DNA from: Eledone cirrhosa | Taxonomy: Eukaryota | DNA length: 64,000 nt | Reading direction: 5' to 3' | Assembly (NCBI GenBank): GCA_964016885.1 | Contig: OZ024745.1 | Coordinates: 30,628,001-30,692,000 of the forward strand | Part shown: positions 26,663-41,900 of the stretch, in pieces | Layout of the letters: the number at the start of each line of letters is the position of its first letter | How positions within the stretch are numbered: position 1 is the first letter of the stretch | The notes under the pieces: generated by a model | Seen by the model: only the letters and a program-made list of their open reading frames with translations | What the model was told of the DNA's origin: nothing | Databases searched by the model: none | Made by a program: the position numbers and the translations under genes

Positions 26663-27793
26663 ATGTCATCACTTTGATGATATTTTGAGAGCCTTGGGAG
26701 AGGGTTCCAACACTGATGTTATCTACCTTGATTTCAACAAGGCCTTTGACAGGGTTGATCACAACATTCTACTAAGAAAGCTGTCCAATATTGGTGTCAC
26801 TGGAAAGCTGCTGCAGTGGATCAAGTGCTTCCTGTCAAACAGAACCCAACATGTTGTAGTCGAAGGAGTCAAATCCAGCCCAGCTAAAGTCAGTAGTGGG
26901 GTCCCACATGGCACTGTGTTGGGCCCACTTCTCTTCATCATCTATATTAATGACATCACTGACATCATCAAACACAGCAACATTAGAATTTACGCTGATG
27001 ATTCCAAGCTCCAAAAGGTCATCAATGGCGTGGATGACCGGATAAGCCTTCAGTCAGACCTACCGGCTGTTACCCAATGGGCGGAAAAGAACAACATGTT
27101 ACTGAACGAAGACAAATTCGAACTGATCCACTTTGAAAAAGAGGATGCTCTGAAACTCCCGTACTCCCTTCCCTCCAGTGAAACTCTCGTGGCATCTAAC
27201 AACATCAGAGACTTGGGAGTAACCGTGGACAGCAACATAAGCTGGGCCACGCATATAAGCAGCAAAGTTGACATGGCCCGCAGAATGTGTTCCTGGATCC
27301 TCAGAACCTTCGATTCGAGAGATTCCCACAACATTATCCTTCTCTTCTCCACTTTTGCCCGACCACACCTTGAATACTGTTGTCCACTGTGGTCTCCCCA
27401 CACGAAACAAAGTATCATGAAACTTGAAGCTCCTCAAAGGGCAATCACGAAAAAGATAGATGGCATGTCAGACCTTGACTACTGGGGTCGACTAGAAAAG
27501 CTGAAACTTAACTCACTCCAATGTCACCGTGAGTGTTATATTATCTGCATGATGTGGAAAATGTTTCATCAGCACTGCCCAAATGATGTTGGCATCGCCT
27601 TCAAAATACACCCAAGGCTTGGGCCCCACGCTATCCGTCCCAAACCAAAATCTAAATCGCAACTCATAACAACAATACGGCACAATTATTTCGCCTCAAT
27701 TGGCACTGCTCTCTTCAACATCACACCAGGACACGTCAAAACAGAAACTGACCACACGAAATTCAAGAAGTCTTTGGACATTCAAGAAGTCTT
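26663..27793 (+). mobile_element. CR1-group LINE fragment (RT and C-terminal region), truncated
   Basis: [58 protein letters not shown] in one open frame; the N-terminus of track ORF 26460 is microsatellite. Confidence 0.9.
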
Positions 27794-28063
27794 TATATAT
27801 ATATAAAAGGCAGATTACTCTTTATCCACCTAACCTTAACTCTTTGACATTAGAGATAGAACAGATACTCTCTATCATTTCCTGTCAGCATGAATTGGCA
27901 AGCTATTTAGAACACTGGTTTAACCGCTTTATTTCCCTCCGAAGAAGAGATATTATCTCGAAAATTAAGGGCATTTAAATAAATCTAAGGTAAAAGACTA
28001 ATTGTCAACAATATCTTTTGCATTTGCATTCTATATCCATACCTACATTGTTTTGGCTTTATT

Positions 28064-28167
28064 ATGGTGGATTGGCAGTATCGGTAGAGGGTCGGACGCC
28101 ATGCTTTGACATATAGAGTTACGACCCTTGCCATTCTGAGTTCAAATCCCGCCAAGGTTAACTTTGT
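28064..28167 (+). mobile_element. tRNA-derived SINE head
   Basis: TGGCAGTATCGGTAG (A box) ... GAGTTCAAATCCCGCCAAGGTTAACTTTG (B box), matching the family at 20318-20428. Confidence 0.65.
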
Positions 28168-28200
28168 TAATAATTTATACATATATATATGTTAATAATT

Positions 28201-28233
<33 letters not shown>

Positions 28234-28243
28234 GTTAATAATT

Positions 28244-28342
<99 letters not shown>

Positions 28343-28357
28343 GTATATGTATATATG

Positions 28358-28419
<62 letters not shown>

Positions 28420-28454
28420 TGTTAATAATTTATATATATATGTATATATATATG

Positions 28455-28490
<36 letters not shown>

Positions 28491-28498
28491 TATGTATG

Positions 28499-28530
<32 letters not shown>

Positions 28531-28546
28531 TGTATATGTATATATG

Positions 28547-28577
<31 letters not shown>

Positions 28578-28617
28578 GTATATGTCAACTGCGGAATACT
28601 CTTAATTCCGATTTTTG

Positions 28618-28659
<42 letters not shown>

Positions 28660-28825
28660 CATATATTTAGAAACACACAGATACATGCGGACACACACAT
28701 ATATACATGAATGCATCCGCACCCAACTGTGAGTTAAGGGTGCCAACTTCACCGATGTTGCTCAATGAATGACTGGGACAGACCAATTCAGTTGAACTAG
28801 ACTGAACCAGTATCAGAGTTAAAAA

Positions 28826-29284
28826 TACATTATGAAGAGAGAAGAAACATTTAGATATAATTATAAAGATTGGTCGAGCAATCTTTGAAGTGTGGGGACA
28901 GCTGGAAAGCTTCCATTACTCATACTTCTCGCCTTCTTCACCACCTCTTCTACGGCCTCGATATAAATACCCCCTCCGCCTCCGTGGTATTTTCTTCGGG
29001 GTTATAAGAGGCTTAGCTCTGTTTCTCGACCGTTATATCGCGTGACTATCTCCCCCTCCGCCTTTTGGGATTCTTTCTCACGTCGTGTAGACGCGTTCTT
29101 GAGACTAGTAAAATGAGGTATCCTCTTGATAAGTCGGCAGACCTCGCAAGGACTCTATATCTTTATGATATATTGTTTTTGTTTATGCCACGAAACTACG
29201 TAGTCGAGGAATATAGGAGCAGTTTAGGTATGATACATTTTATTACTAATTATATCTAAATGTTTCTTCTCTCTTCATAATGTA
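28826..29284 (+). mobile_element. Penelope-like pLTR remnant bounded by an inverted repeat of about 39 bp
   Basis: ATACATTATGAAGAGAGAAGAAACATTTAGATATAATTA and its exact reverse complement at about 29247-29284; internal TATAAATA and a hammerhead motif. Confidence 0.7.
29121..29210 (+). ncRNA. Type I hammerhead ribozyme, U3-A8 core variant
   Basis: Stem I TCCTC/GAGGA; core TTGATAA; stem II GT(C)GGCA/TGCCAC; GAAA; palindromic stem III CTACGTAG; GUC cleavage triplet at 29203-29205. Confidence 0.75.
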
Positions 29285-32268
<2,984 letters not shown>

Positions 32269-32329
32269 ATGATGGCTGCCCCCTCGTTATCGAGTATGGC
32301 CATTGCACAATAAAAAAAAAAAAAAAAAA

Positions 32330-32377
<48 letters not shown>
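32269..32377 (-). mobile_element. Detached 3' terminus of the RTE at 50955-53077 (ATT tract, T run, terminal stem-loop)
   Basis: Reverse complement ATTGTGCAATGGCCATACTCGATAACGAGGGGGCAGCCATCAT, identical to the terminus at about 53707-53749. Confidence 0.9.
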
Positions 32378-32379
<2 letters not shown>

Positions 32380-32624
32380 TTTCTTTATTAACCACAAGGG
32401 TTTACATAAAGTAGACATTAAGGACAGTGCAGGACAATGCAGGACGGTACAAATGGGCATTTCTGCGTGTAAAAAACAAAAACAGAGGATGTAACAAAAA
32501 TAACAATGAAAAATTCCCCAATAGGGGGGAGACTTCGGAGGGACATTTGTGGAGAAAGCCCAGTAAAAAGCCACAATGACCCTGACCACCAAGGCAAGTG
32601 CCCTCTCCCAGTTTTCCACCTTTA

Positions 32625-35600
32625 ATTTACAGATATATGCTCAGAGTAGGCCCATTCACTCGGGCCATTCTTGCTTCTCTCACCCATCTTTCAACAAAAT
32701 GCTGGAAGAGAGCACTTCCCTCTCTACTCTGATTTTCCTTTTCAAATGAAATTTGAAAAAGTCAATCAGAGCATCACCGAAGAGGTAAGTGCTCGTCTTC
32801 AGCCCTTTCAAACGTGTCCACCATACTATCTCTTTCGCCATGGCCACCAGGCAGATAAAAACTGCTGCCCTTCCCGGCTAAAGGAGGAGGGCGGGGCAAT
32901 CCTCACGATGGACTCAGATGATAGCCGGATCCGTCCTAAACGCGACAGCAGGTGTTCGACATAAACCCACAAGTCAGCAATTTTCGGACACTGGACGAGT
33001 GCGTGCAGGACGTTTCGTCGCCCTGCGCGCATCTCGGACATGCCCGGCTGACGGCACCTCCATGCCTGTAGAGTTTATCCCGAACTGGCAAGGCTCCTCG
33101 GTAGCACTGCCAGGCCAGAGATTTCTGGAAGTTGTCCATAGGCCCTGGCCCGAAAGTTCTTCCGAAGAGATTGGCTAGTTGATTTTCGTCGACGCCTAGA
33201 GTTTCCCCAAGTACGTCGTCGCTCTTCCCCTCCACTAATCCTCTATAGAACGCCGAGGTGGAGTTTCCACCGATCACATTGCCCGATTGGTCGAGGGCTG
33301 TGAGCGCCTGAAGACATTCCAGTCTCCAGGCGCTCCCTCTCGGTCTTCGCTTGACCCAGGACTGCAGCTCCGTCAAGGAAACGAGCTGGGGAAACACGCG
33401 TCTAGCAAACGGCGACCACACCTGATCACCGTCGAGGAAGAGGTGGAGATGTCGTAGCCTGAGCGCGTGCCTGCGCATCATCAGCCACGGCATGCCCAGC
33501 CCTCCACGTAGCGGGTGTTGACAACAGATGGACCGCCTGACCATCGGAGCGCGTCCCTTCCACAAAAAGCGAAAGAGCAAAACGCTCCAGCACAGTCAGG
33601 CGAGGCTTAGGACAAGGTACGACGGTCAGGCGGTAGCAGATGACGGACGCGATGTACGCGTTAGCCACCTCCGCTCGACCTTTCAGGGATAGCTTCCTCT
33701 CGGCCCATTTCTGGGTGAGAGAAGCCACCCTGCTCGTCACCTCGTCCCAGTTTTTGTCCGTCTGGAGGTCCGGACCGAACCAGACCCCTAGCAATTTAAC
33801 CGGTCCGTCCAGCGTCCGACGGACGCTGTTGGACGGCATGGACCTGCCTCTCCAGGTGCCGAGCTGCAGGCCCACTGACTTTTCCTGGTTGATCATTGCT
33901 CCTGTCACCGCTTCGTATTCTCTTAGTGTAGTGCCGATCGCCTCGATGTGTTTGGCGTTCGACACCACTACGGTGACATCGTCCGCATATGCTGATACGG
34001 ATCTTCCGCATCCTAGTTCGCGCGGGACCCCCCTCAACGTCTCCAGTTTGTGCAGTAATGGCTCGAGAGTCAATACGTACAAGAGGGACGAGAGGGGACA
34101 TCCTTGGCGGACCGAGCGCATGATGTTGAACGTTCCGACAGGTGACCGTTCACTCCTGCACCACAGAGCAGATGTCGCTGTGCATGGCAGCGATCCAGCC
34201 TCTGAAGACGGGCCCAAAGCCAGCCGCCCTCAGGACTGCCGCTAGGTAACGATGGTCGACCCTATCGAAAGCTTTCGACTGATCTAAATTGATCAAGGAC
34301 CCACCCGTGCCAGGTTCCCTAGCTACCCTCTCTACGATGTATCGCATGAGGTGGAGGTTGTCGTGGATGGATCTGTCGGGAATGGCGCATGTCTGCGCCT
34401 CTCCCACCAGACCACCAACGACAAGCGCCAACCTCTTTGCTAGCACCTTGGCCAAAATCTTAAACTCTGTGTTTAGCAGAGTTATGGGCCGGAAATTTTC
34501 TATGTTATCCCCCTTGTTCGGATCCTTTCTCAGCAGTGCCACCGCTCCTCGGCTCACAGAACTGGGAATTCTCCCGTTCTGTTGCCAGTTGCAGTAGACG
34601 TCCGCCAAGAGGCCTCCGAACAAGTCTGGCATCTGTACGTAAAGTTCATAGGGCAGACCATCCAAACCAGGCGATTTACCCCTTGTGCAGCCAGTCATTG
34701 CCTCCCTTACTTCAGCGGCTGTTATCGGCTTTTCGCAACACTTCGCCTCAGTGGCCGAGAGCCGCGGCAGTCCGTCGAGGTAGACACTAAAGTCCATCCC
34801 TCTACCCGGCCCACCGCTGCCCCCGAACAGCTGAGCGAAGTGTCGCTGAAAAGCTTCACACATTTTCCCGGGATCGAGTAGCATGCGCCCGTCGTGGTCC
34901 ACCAAAGACCGGATCGTGGCTTTGTTGCCACGACGCGCCTCCGCCACTCGGGCCCATTGAACGGCTTTCGTCCCCTCGTGTCTGAGAGCACGCACCCTTG
35001 CTCTGACAACGCAGCCTTCGTGCTTTGCATTGAAGAATTGGTCAAGGGCCAATTTCGCCGCAAGCACGTCGGTCGCAATGCCTTTGCTAAGCGCCTCGTC
35101 TAATTTTCTAACTAGTTCTCCCTCTGCTCTATTTTTCTCTATTGCTAAAGCCTTACTAAATCTAATCGATTCTATTCTAATCGCTCTTTTCAGAGCAAAC
35201 CACCACTTGTTGTTGACGATGGCCCCCGTCAACGCCCGCTTAACTAGTTCGCTAATCCGGTCTCTGTAGGCCTTGCGCGCTGGTAAGGACGCGTTTAGCT
35301 TCCAGTAGCCGGGTCCTCGTCTATGAAGCCTATCTAAGTCAAGCACACAGATCACGAATTTGTGGTCCGTGTAGCTGACTATCTTGAATTGTGGACAGCC
35401 TATGCTAGGCCTATCTATTTCCCTACAAAATACTCTATCTAGATATGATCTGGATGACCCTATGCGGTTTGTCCAAGTCCACATTGGCACATTCGGGAAA
35501 TCCAATCGGTACCTGTCAGACAGTTCAAAACGCCTGAGCAGGTTGGTGAGGCTCTTGCACCCTCCACCCCTATCCGCTAATCCCACACAGTCCCAGCGTG

Positions 35601-36042
35601 CATCTAAGATCCCGTTCCAGTCGCCCACTAACACTAAAGAGCGGGACGTTCCAAGAAAGGTCTCCAGACGCCGGAAGAAATCAGGCCGCCCTGCTCCTGT
35701 CGGGGCATAGACGGCCACTAGCCTGAAAGCTTGCCCGTCTCCGCTGGTCACGTCCAGCACCACCAGCTTACCCTCTGGGTCCAGGAAGATGGCCCGTATG
35801 GCGAGATCCAAACCTCTCCGAAAAAGTACAGCAACTCCTCCACCGGATCCAGGACGGCTGGGAGATGCGTACACATCGTAGCCGCCGAAGATCGGTGCGA
35901 AGGCCCGTGCTTCGGAGATTCTGGTCTCGCTGATGGCCACTACATCTATGTTTAGTGACCTGAGGTCGTTGAGCAGGTGACCCTGCTTCCATGACGACCC
36001 CAAGCCACGCGCATTTATGCTGCCTATTCTGAGTGAGGTCAT
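32625..36042 (-). pseudogene. ORF2 (APE-RT) of D1, frameshifted in the 3' half
   Basis: Track ORFs 34150-36042, 33426-34217 and 32936-33580 tile the 1139-aa protein. Confidence 0.85.
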
Positions 36043-36077
36043 GTTTAAAATAGAGTGGAAAAGATGGGAAAGACCAC

Positions 36078-38171
36078 TTACCGTACTTTTGGTAGAGGAG
36101 GGATGGTTTTTACATCCCTTTTCACTTGATCGTCTGGTGAAGGGACCGTTGAATCGTCCCTTCGGCTGGTCGTCGGCTCTTCTAAGAGAATGTCTGAGTA
36201 TACTCTTCGATTGATGGTTCCTCCTAGGTCCCTGAAATCACCAACTGCGTTGGGGAATTTCGTTTTAATATTTGTGTATTGTTTCTGTGCTATTTTTAGC
36301 AGTCTTATGTTAGTTGGCGTTTTGATTGGTGCTGGTATTATGTAGTCCTGTTGTGAAATGTCTGTGTGTTCAATTATGTAAGTCATTAGTTTCTTGTTGT
36401 GTGTATTTATTGCTGTGCATTTGTTTTTCTGGGGGTGGGGTGTGGTTCTACTATTTTCTTGTCGTTGTTGCTGGGTGTGTGTGTTTTGTTGTTGTGTTTG
36501 CGATGTTGGTGCTTGTGGTGGTGGTGTTGAAGGTGTTGTTGGCGGTGGGGTTGTCGCCGGTGCTGATGGTGGTGCTGGTGTGGGTGGTGATGGTGTTGGT
36601 GGTGTTGCTGCTGTGGGTCTCTTTGCAGTTGACTTTACCCTTTTCTCATTTCTTTCCTCCCTTTTCAAAGGCGACGATGCGCTGCTTCTGCGTTTGTGCC
36701 TTCTTGCGACCTTTTGCCATCCCTCTCCCACCTCACACTCCATGTCTGATTCTGTGAGGTCGGGGAGGGGTACCAGCTCCACTCTTTCACTTGTTGTTGT
36801 TGGTGATGTTTGCACTGGAGTCTCTGTTGCAGCTGCATTTGGTATTGCTGTTGTTGTTGTTAATATTTCCACTGCTGCTGCTGTTTTTGATTTCCGTGGA
36901 GTGGGTATGGGTGCCACGGACCTATCGTTCCTGGTTGCCGCATGTCCTGTTGCTGGTAGCCGTGGAGCCGGATTCGGAAGGAGGGGGGTTTTCTCCTTTC
37001 TCAGGGTCTTCTCGTTGCAGAAGGCCCTGAGGTGAGTCTTCGATCCACAGCGAAAGCATTTCGGGCGTTTGCCCTCAACACTTATGGGCAGTTGAGTGCC
37101 GTTATCGAAGTCTATCACATCCGGGATAGCTTCGATGCACTCCTGGTTGGTTTGGATTAGCATCTCAATGGAGGAGCCGACCCAATCTTCTCTTACTTTT
37201 TTCTGTACTTGCAGTACAGTTGTTTTGTCCTCGATTCCGACGAGGACAGACGCGGCCAGCCAAGAAGGGGTCATTCCGGGGGGGACGTGTGTCAGTTTGA
37301 CCCTCACAATTTTTTGCCCGCAGTAGGAGGGCACCAACACCATTTCCTCGCTCCTTAGGGTCACTACTGATTGGGCCTTTGCCTCCTGGGGTGTAGCAAA
37401 AAGTACGTCTACGGTGGCATATTTTTTGCCTCGGGTGATGTGCGTTTTCCGCTGCCACACAGACCCCAAGGCTTTTTGTATTTGGGCCTCTGTGGCTCTT
37501 TCCACCCTACGGGATTTTGTACTTACTGTACGGTACGTGACCGTACAGTGCTCTTGGGTTTCGAAAAATTTTTCCGCTGCCTTGCAGATTGCTCGGTGTC
37601 CGTTCTTTGTCACCATCTTCTTCGCTTCCTCTAATTCCTCATTTGTTATGAGGATTGTTTCCAGGTTTTTCGCAATACCTGCAAATGAGATTGGTTGTTC
37701 TCTGCTGTTGTTGTTGTCGTCAGAGCTGCTGGTACTTTTGTTGTTGCTGCAGGTACTACGACTACTGCCTCCGCCGCTGTTGCTGTGGTTGTTGTTGGTG
37801 TTGCTGCTGCTAATGCTGTTGTTGTTTATGCTGCTGGTGATGCTGTTGCGGCTGCTACTGTTGTTTTCATTGTCACTGTTGCTGTTGTTATTACGGCTGC
37901 TACTGCTATTATTCCTGACGTCAGACGAATGAACTGGGTTTTCGTATTTCCCGCACACCTGTTTCGTCGCTGTCGTCGTCGTGGAGAAACCTTGCACGCT
38001 TTGCACGAGACTTTTCTTTTCTTTCGTCACTTGCGAAAGAGAAGGGAGGGAGAGAGACACATTTAAAGAAGGGAGGGAGAGAGACAATCTTCTCTCTGCT
38101 GTAGTGATGATTGAGGAAGAAGAAGACGGAATGAATGGGAGTGACGTATGAAATTTCTTTTTCGTAGCCAT
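36078..38171 (-). CDS. LINE ORF1 protein (697 aa; Asn/Ser-rich N-terminus, CCHC knuckle, Pro/Thr-rich linker)
   Basis: CFRCGSKTHLRAFC; lies 35 bp upstream of ORF2. Confidence 0.9.
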   Translation of the reverse strand: MATKKKFHTSLPFIPSSSSSIITTAERRLSLSLPSLNVSLSLPSLSQVTKEKKSLVQSVQGFSTTTTATKQVCGKYENPVHSSDVRNNSSSSRNNNSNSDNENNSSSRNSITSSINNNSISSSNTNNNHSNSGGGSSRSTCSNNKSTSSSDDNNNSREQPISFAGIAKNLETILITNEELEEAKKMVTKNGHRAICKAAEKFFETQEHCTVTYRTVSTKSRRVERATEAQIQKALGSVWQRKTHITRGKKYATVDVLFATPQEAKAQSVVTLRSEEMVLVPSYCGQKIVRVKLTHVPPGMTPSWLAASVLVGIEDKTTVLQVQKKVREDWVGSSIEMLIQTNQECIEAIPDVIDFDNGTQLPISVEGKRPKCFRCGSKTHLRAFCNEKTLRKEKTPLLPNPAPRLPATGHAATRNDRSVAPIPTPRKSKTAAAVEILTTTTAIPNAAATETPVQTSPTTTSERVELVPLPDLTESDMECEVGEGWQKVARRHKRRSSASSPLKREERNEKRVKSTAKRPTAATPPTPSPPTPAPPSAPATTPPPTTPSTPPPQAPTSQTQQQNTHTQQQRQENSRTTPHPQKNKCTAINTHNKKLMTYIIEHTDISQQDYIIPAPIKTPTNIRLLKIAQKQYTNIKTKFPNAVGDFRDLGGTINRRVYSDILLEEPTTSRRDDSTVPSPDDQVKRDVKTIPPLPKVR

Positions 38172-38407
38172 GTTGTTTTTTGTTTAAAATGAAATTTTGG
38201 GTACAAAACCCCAATAACTGGTTATTTAACCCCGAAGGGCCAAATAACGGACAGAAAGACCCTTCTCACGAGGAGGAGGGTGTCTTTATCAACAATTTGG
38301 TTCAAGTTTTAAACAATTTACAATTGTTTTAACGGTTAAAAATTACTATACCTTACAGAGCCGAGCCTCCGTCAACCATGGCATTCAATAATAATAATAA
38401 TAATAAA

Positions 38408-38443
<36 letters not shown>

Positions 38444-38449
38444 GAAAAG

Positions 38450-38482
<33 letters not shown>

Positions 38483-38602
38483 TATACATACATATATATA
38501 TACACATATATACACACACACATACATACATATACATACATATATACACACACACATACATACACATACACTCACACATATATACACACATACATTAATA
38601 AC

Positions 38603-38646
<44 letters not shown>

Positions 38647-38906
38647 TTTCTTTATTAACCACAAGGGTTTACATAAAGTAGACATTAAGGACAGTGCAGG
38701 ACAATGCAGGACGGTACAAATGGGCATTTCTGCGTGTAAAAAACAAAAACAGAGGATGTAACAAAAATAACAATGAAAATAACAATGAAAAAATTCCCCA
38801 ATAGGGGGGAGACTTCGGAGGGACATTTGTGGAGAAAGCCCAGTAAAAAGCCACAATGACCCTGACCACCAAGGCAAGTGCCCTCTCCCAGTTTTCCACC
38901 TTTAGT

Positions 38907-41900
38907 TTACAGATATATACTCAGAGTCGGCCCATTCACTCGGGCCATTCTTGCTTCTCTCACCCATCTTTCAACAAAATGCTGGGAAGAGAGCACTTCC
39001 TTCTCTACTCTGATTTTCCTTTTCAAATGAAATTTGAAAAAGTCAATCAGAGCATCACCGAAGAGGTAAGTGCTCGTCTTCAGCCCTTTCAAACGTGTCC
39101 ACCATACTATCTCTTTCGCCATGGCCACCAGACAGATAAAAACTGCCTGCCCTTCCCGGCTAAAGGAGGAGGGCGGGGCAATCCTCACGATAGACTCAGA
39201 TGATAGCTGGATCCGTCCTAAACGCGACAGCAGGTGTTCGACATAAACCCACAAGTCAGCAATTTTCGGACACTGGACGAGTGCGTGCAGGACGGTTTCG
39301 TCGCCCTGCGCGCATCTCGGACATGCCCGGCTGACGGCACCTCCATGCCTGTAGAGTTTATCCCGAACTGGCAAGGCTCCTCGGTAGCACTGCCAGGCCA
39401 GAGATTTCTGGAAGTTGTCCATAGGCCCTGGCCCGAAAGTTCTTCCGAAGAGATTGGCTAGTTGATTTTCGTCGACGCCTAGAGTTTCCCCAAGTACGTC
39501 GTCGCTCTTCCCCTCCACTAATCCTCTATAGAACGCCGAGGTGGAGTTTCCACCGATCACATTGCCCGATTGGTCGAGGGCTGTGAGCGCCTGAAGACAT
39601 TCCAGTCTCCAGGCGCTCCCTCTCGGTCTTCGCTTGACCCAGGACTGCAGCTCCGTCAAGGAAACGAGCTGGGGAAAAACGCGTCTAGCAAACGGCGACC
39701 ACACCTGATCACCGTCGAGGAAGAGGTGGAGATGTCGTAGCCTGAGCGCGTGCCTGCGCATCATCAGCCACGGCATGCCCAGCCCTCCACGTAGCGGGTG
39801 TTGACAACAGATGGACCGCCTGACCATCGGAGCACGTCCCTTCCACAAAAAGCGAAAGAGCAAACGCTCCAGCGCAGTCAGGCGAGGCTTAGGACAAGGT
39901 ACGACGGTTAGGCGGTAGCAGATGACAGACGCGATGTACGCGTTAGCCACCTCCGCTCGACCTTTCAGGGATAGCTTCCTCTCCGCCCATTTCTGGGTGA
40001 GAGAAGCCACCCTGCTCGTCACCTCGTCCCAGTTTTTGTCCGTCTGGAGGTCCGGACCGAACCAGACCCCTAGCAATTTAACCGGTCCGTCCGTCCAGCG
40101 CCCGACGACGCTGTTGGACGGCATGGACCTGCCTCTCCAGGTGCCGAGCTGCAGGCCCACTGACTTTTCCTGGTTGATCATTGCTCCTGTCACCGCTTCG
40201 TATTCTCTTAGTGTAGTGCCGATCGCCTCGATGTGTTTGGCGTTCGACACCACTACGGTGACATCGTCCGCATATGCTGACACGGATCTTCCGCATCCTA
40301 GTTCGCGCGGGACTCCCCTCAACGTCTCCAGTTTGTGCAGTAATGGCTCGAGAGTCAATACGTACAAGAGGGACGAGAGGGGACATCCTTGGCGGACCGA
40401 GCGCATGATGTTGAACGGTTCCGACAGGTGACCGTTCACTCTCACCACAGAGCAGATGTCGCTGTGCATGGCAGCGATCCAGCCTCTGAAGACGGGCCCA
40501 AAGCCAGCCGCCCTCAGGACTGCCGCTAGGTAACGATGGTCGACCCTATCGAAAGCTTTCGACTGATCTAAATTGATCAAGGACCCACCCGTGCCAGGTT
40601 CCCTAGCTACCCTCTCTACGATGTATCGCATGAGGTGGAGGTTGTCGTGGATGGATCTGTCGGGAATGGCGCATGTCTGCGCCTCTCCCACCAGACCACC
40701 AACGACAAGCGCCAACCTCTTTGCTAGCACCTTGGCCAAAATCTTAAACTCTGTGTTTAGCAGAGTTATGGGCCGGAAATTGTCTATGTTATCCCCCTTG
40801 TTCGGATCCTTTCTCAGCAGTGCCACCGCTCCTCGGCTCACAGAACTGGGAATTCTCCCGTTCTGTTGCCAGTTGCAGTAGACGTCCGCCAAGAGGCCTC
40901 CGAACAAGTCTGGCATCTGTACGTAAAGTTCATAGGGCAGACCATCCAAACCAGGCGATTTACCCCTTGTGCAGCCAGTCATTGCCTCCCGTACTTCAGC
41001 GGCTGTTATCGGCTTTTCGCAACACTTCGCCTCAGTGGCCGAGAGCCGCGGCAGTCCGTCGAGGTAGACACTAAAGTCCATCCCTCTACCCGGCCCCCCG
41101 CTGCCCCCGAACAGCTGAGCGAAGTGTCGCTGAAAAGCTTCACACATTTGCCCGGGATCGAGTAGCATGCGCCCGTCGTGGTCCACCAAAGACCGGATCG
41201 TGGCTTTGTTGCCACGACGCGCCTCCGCGACTCGGGCCCATTGAACGGCTTTCGTCCCCTCGTGTCTGAGAGCACGCACCCTAGCTCTGACAACGCAGCC
41301 TTCGTGCTTTGCATTGAAGAATTGGTCAAGGGCCAATTTCGCCGCAAGCACGTCGGTCGCAATGCCTTTGCTAAGCGCCTCGTCTAATTTTCTAACTAGT
41401 TCTCCCTCTGCTCTATTTTTCTCTATTGCTAAAGCCTTACTAAACCTAATCGATTCTATTCTAATCGCTCTTTTCAGAGCAAACCACCACTTGTTGTTGA
41501 CGATGGCCCCCGTCAACGCCCGCTTCACTAGTTCGCTAATCCGGTCTCTGTAGGCCTTGCGCGCTGGTAAGGACGCGTTTAGCTTCCAGTAGCCGGGTCC
41601 TCGTCTATGAAGCCTATCTAAGTCAAGCACACAGATCACGAATTTGTGGTCCGTGTAGCTGACTATCTTGAATTGTGGACAGCCTATGCTAGACCTATCT
41701 ATTTCCCTACAAAATACTCTATCTAGATATGATCTGGGTGACCCTATGCGGTTTGTCCAAGTCCACATTGGCACATTCGGGAAATCCAATCGGTACCTGT
41801 CAGACAGTTCAAAACGCCTGAGCAGGTTGGTGAGGCTCTTGCACCCTCCACCCCTATCCGCTAATCCCACACAGTCCCAGCGTGCATCTAAGATCCCGTT

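Larger units (their letters stand above)
32378..38386 (-). mobile_element. Full-length Tx1/L1-type LINE, array copy D1 (ORF2 frameshifted)
   Basis: Near-identical to D2 and D3; small indels at 32860-34160 break ORF2. Confidence 0.96.

Noticed and set aside
32860-34160. Programmed frameshifts in D1 ORF2
   Set aside because: Clustered small indels absent from D2 and D3; more consistent with read-consensus error or decay.
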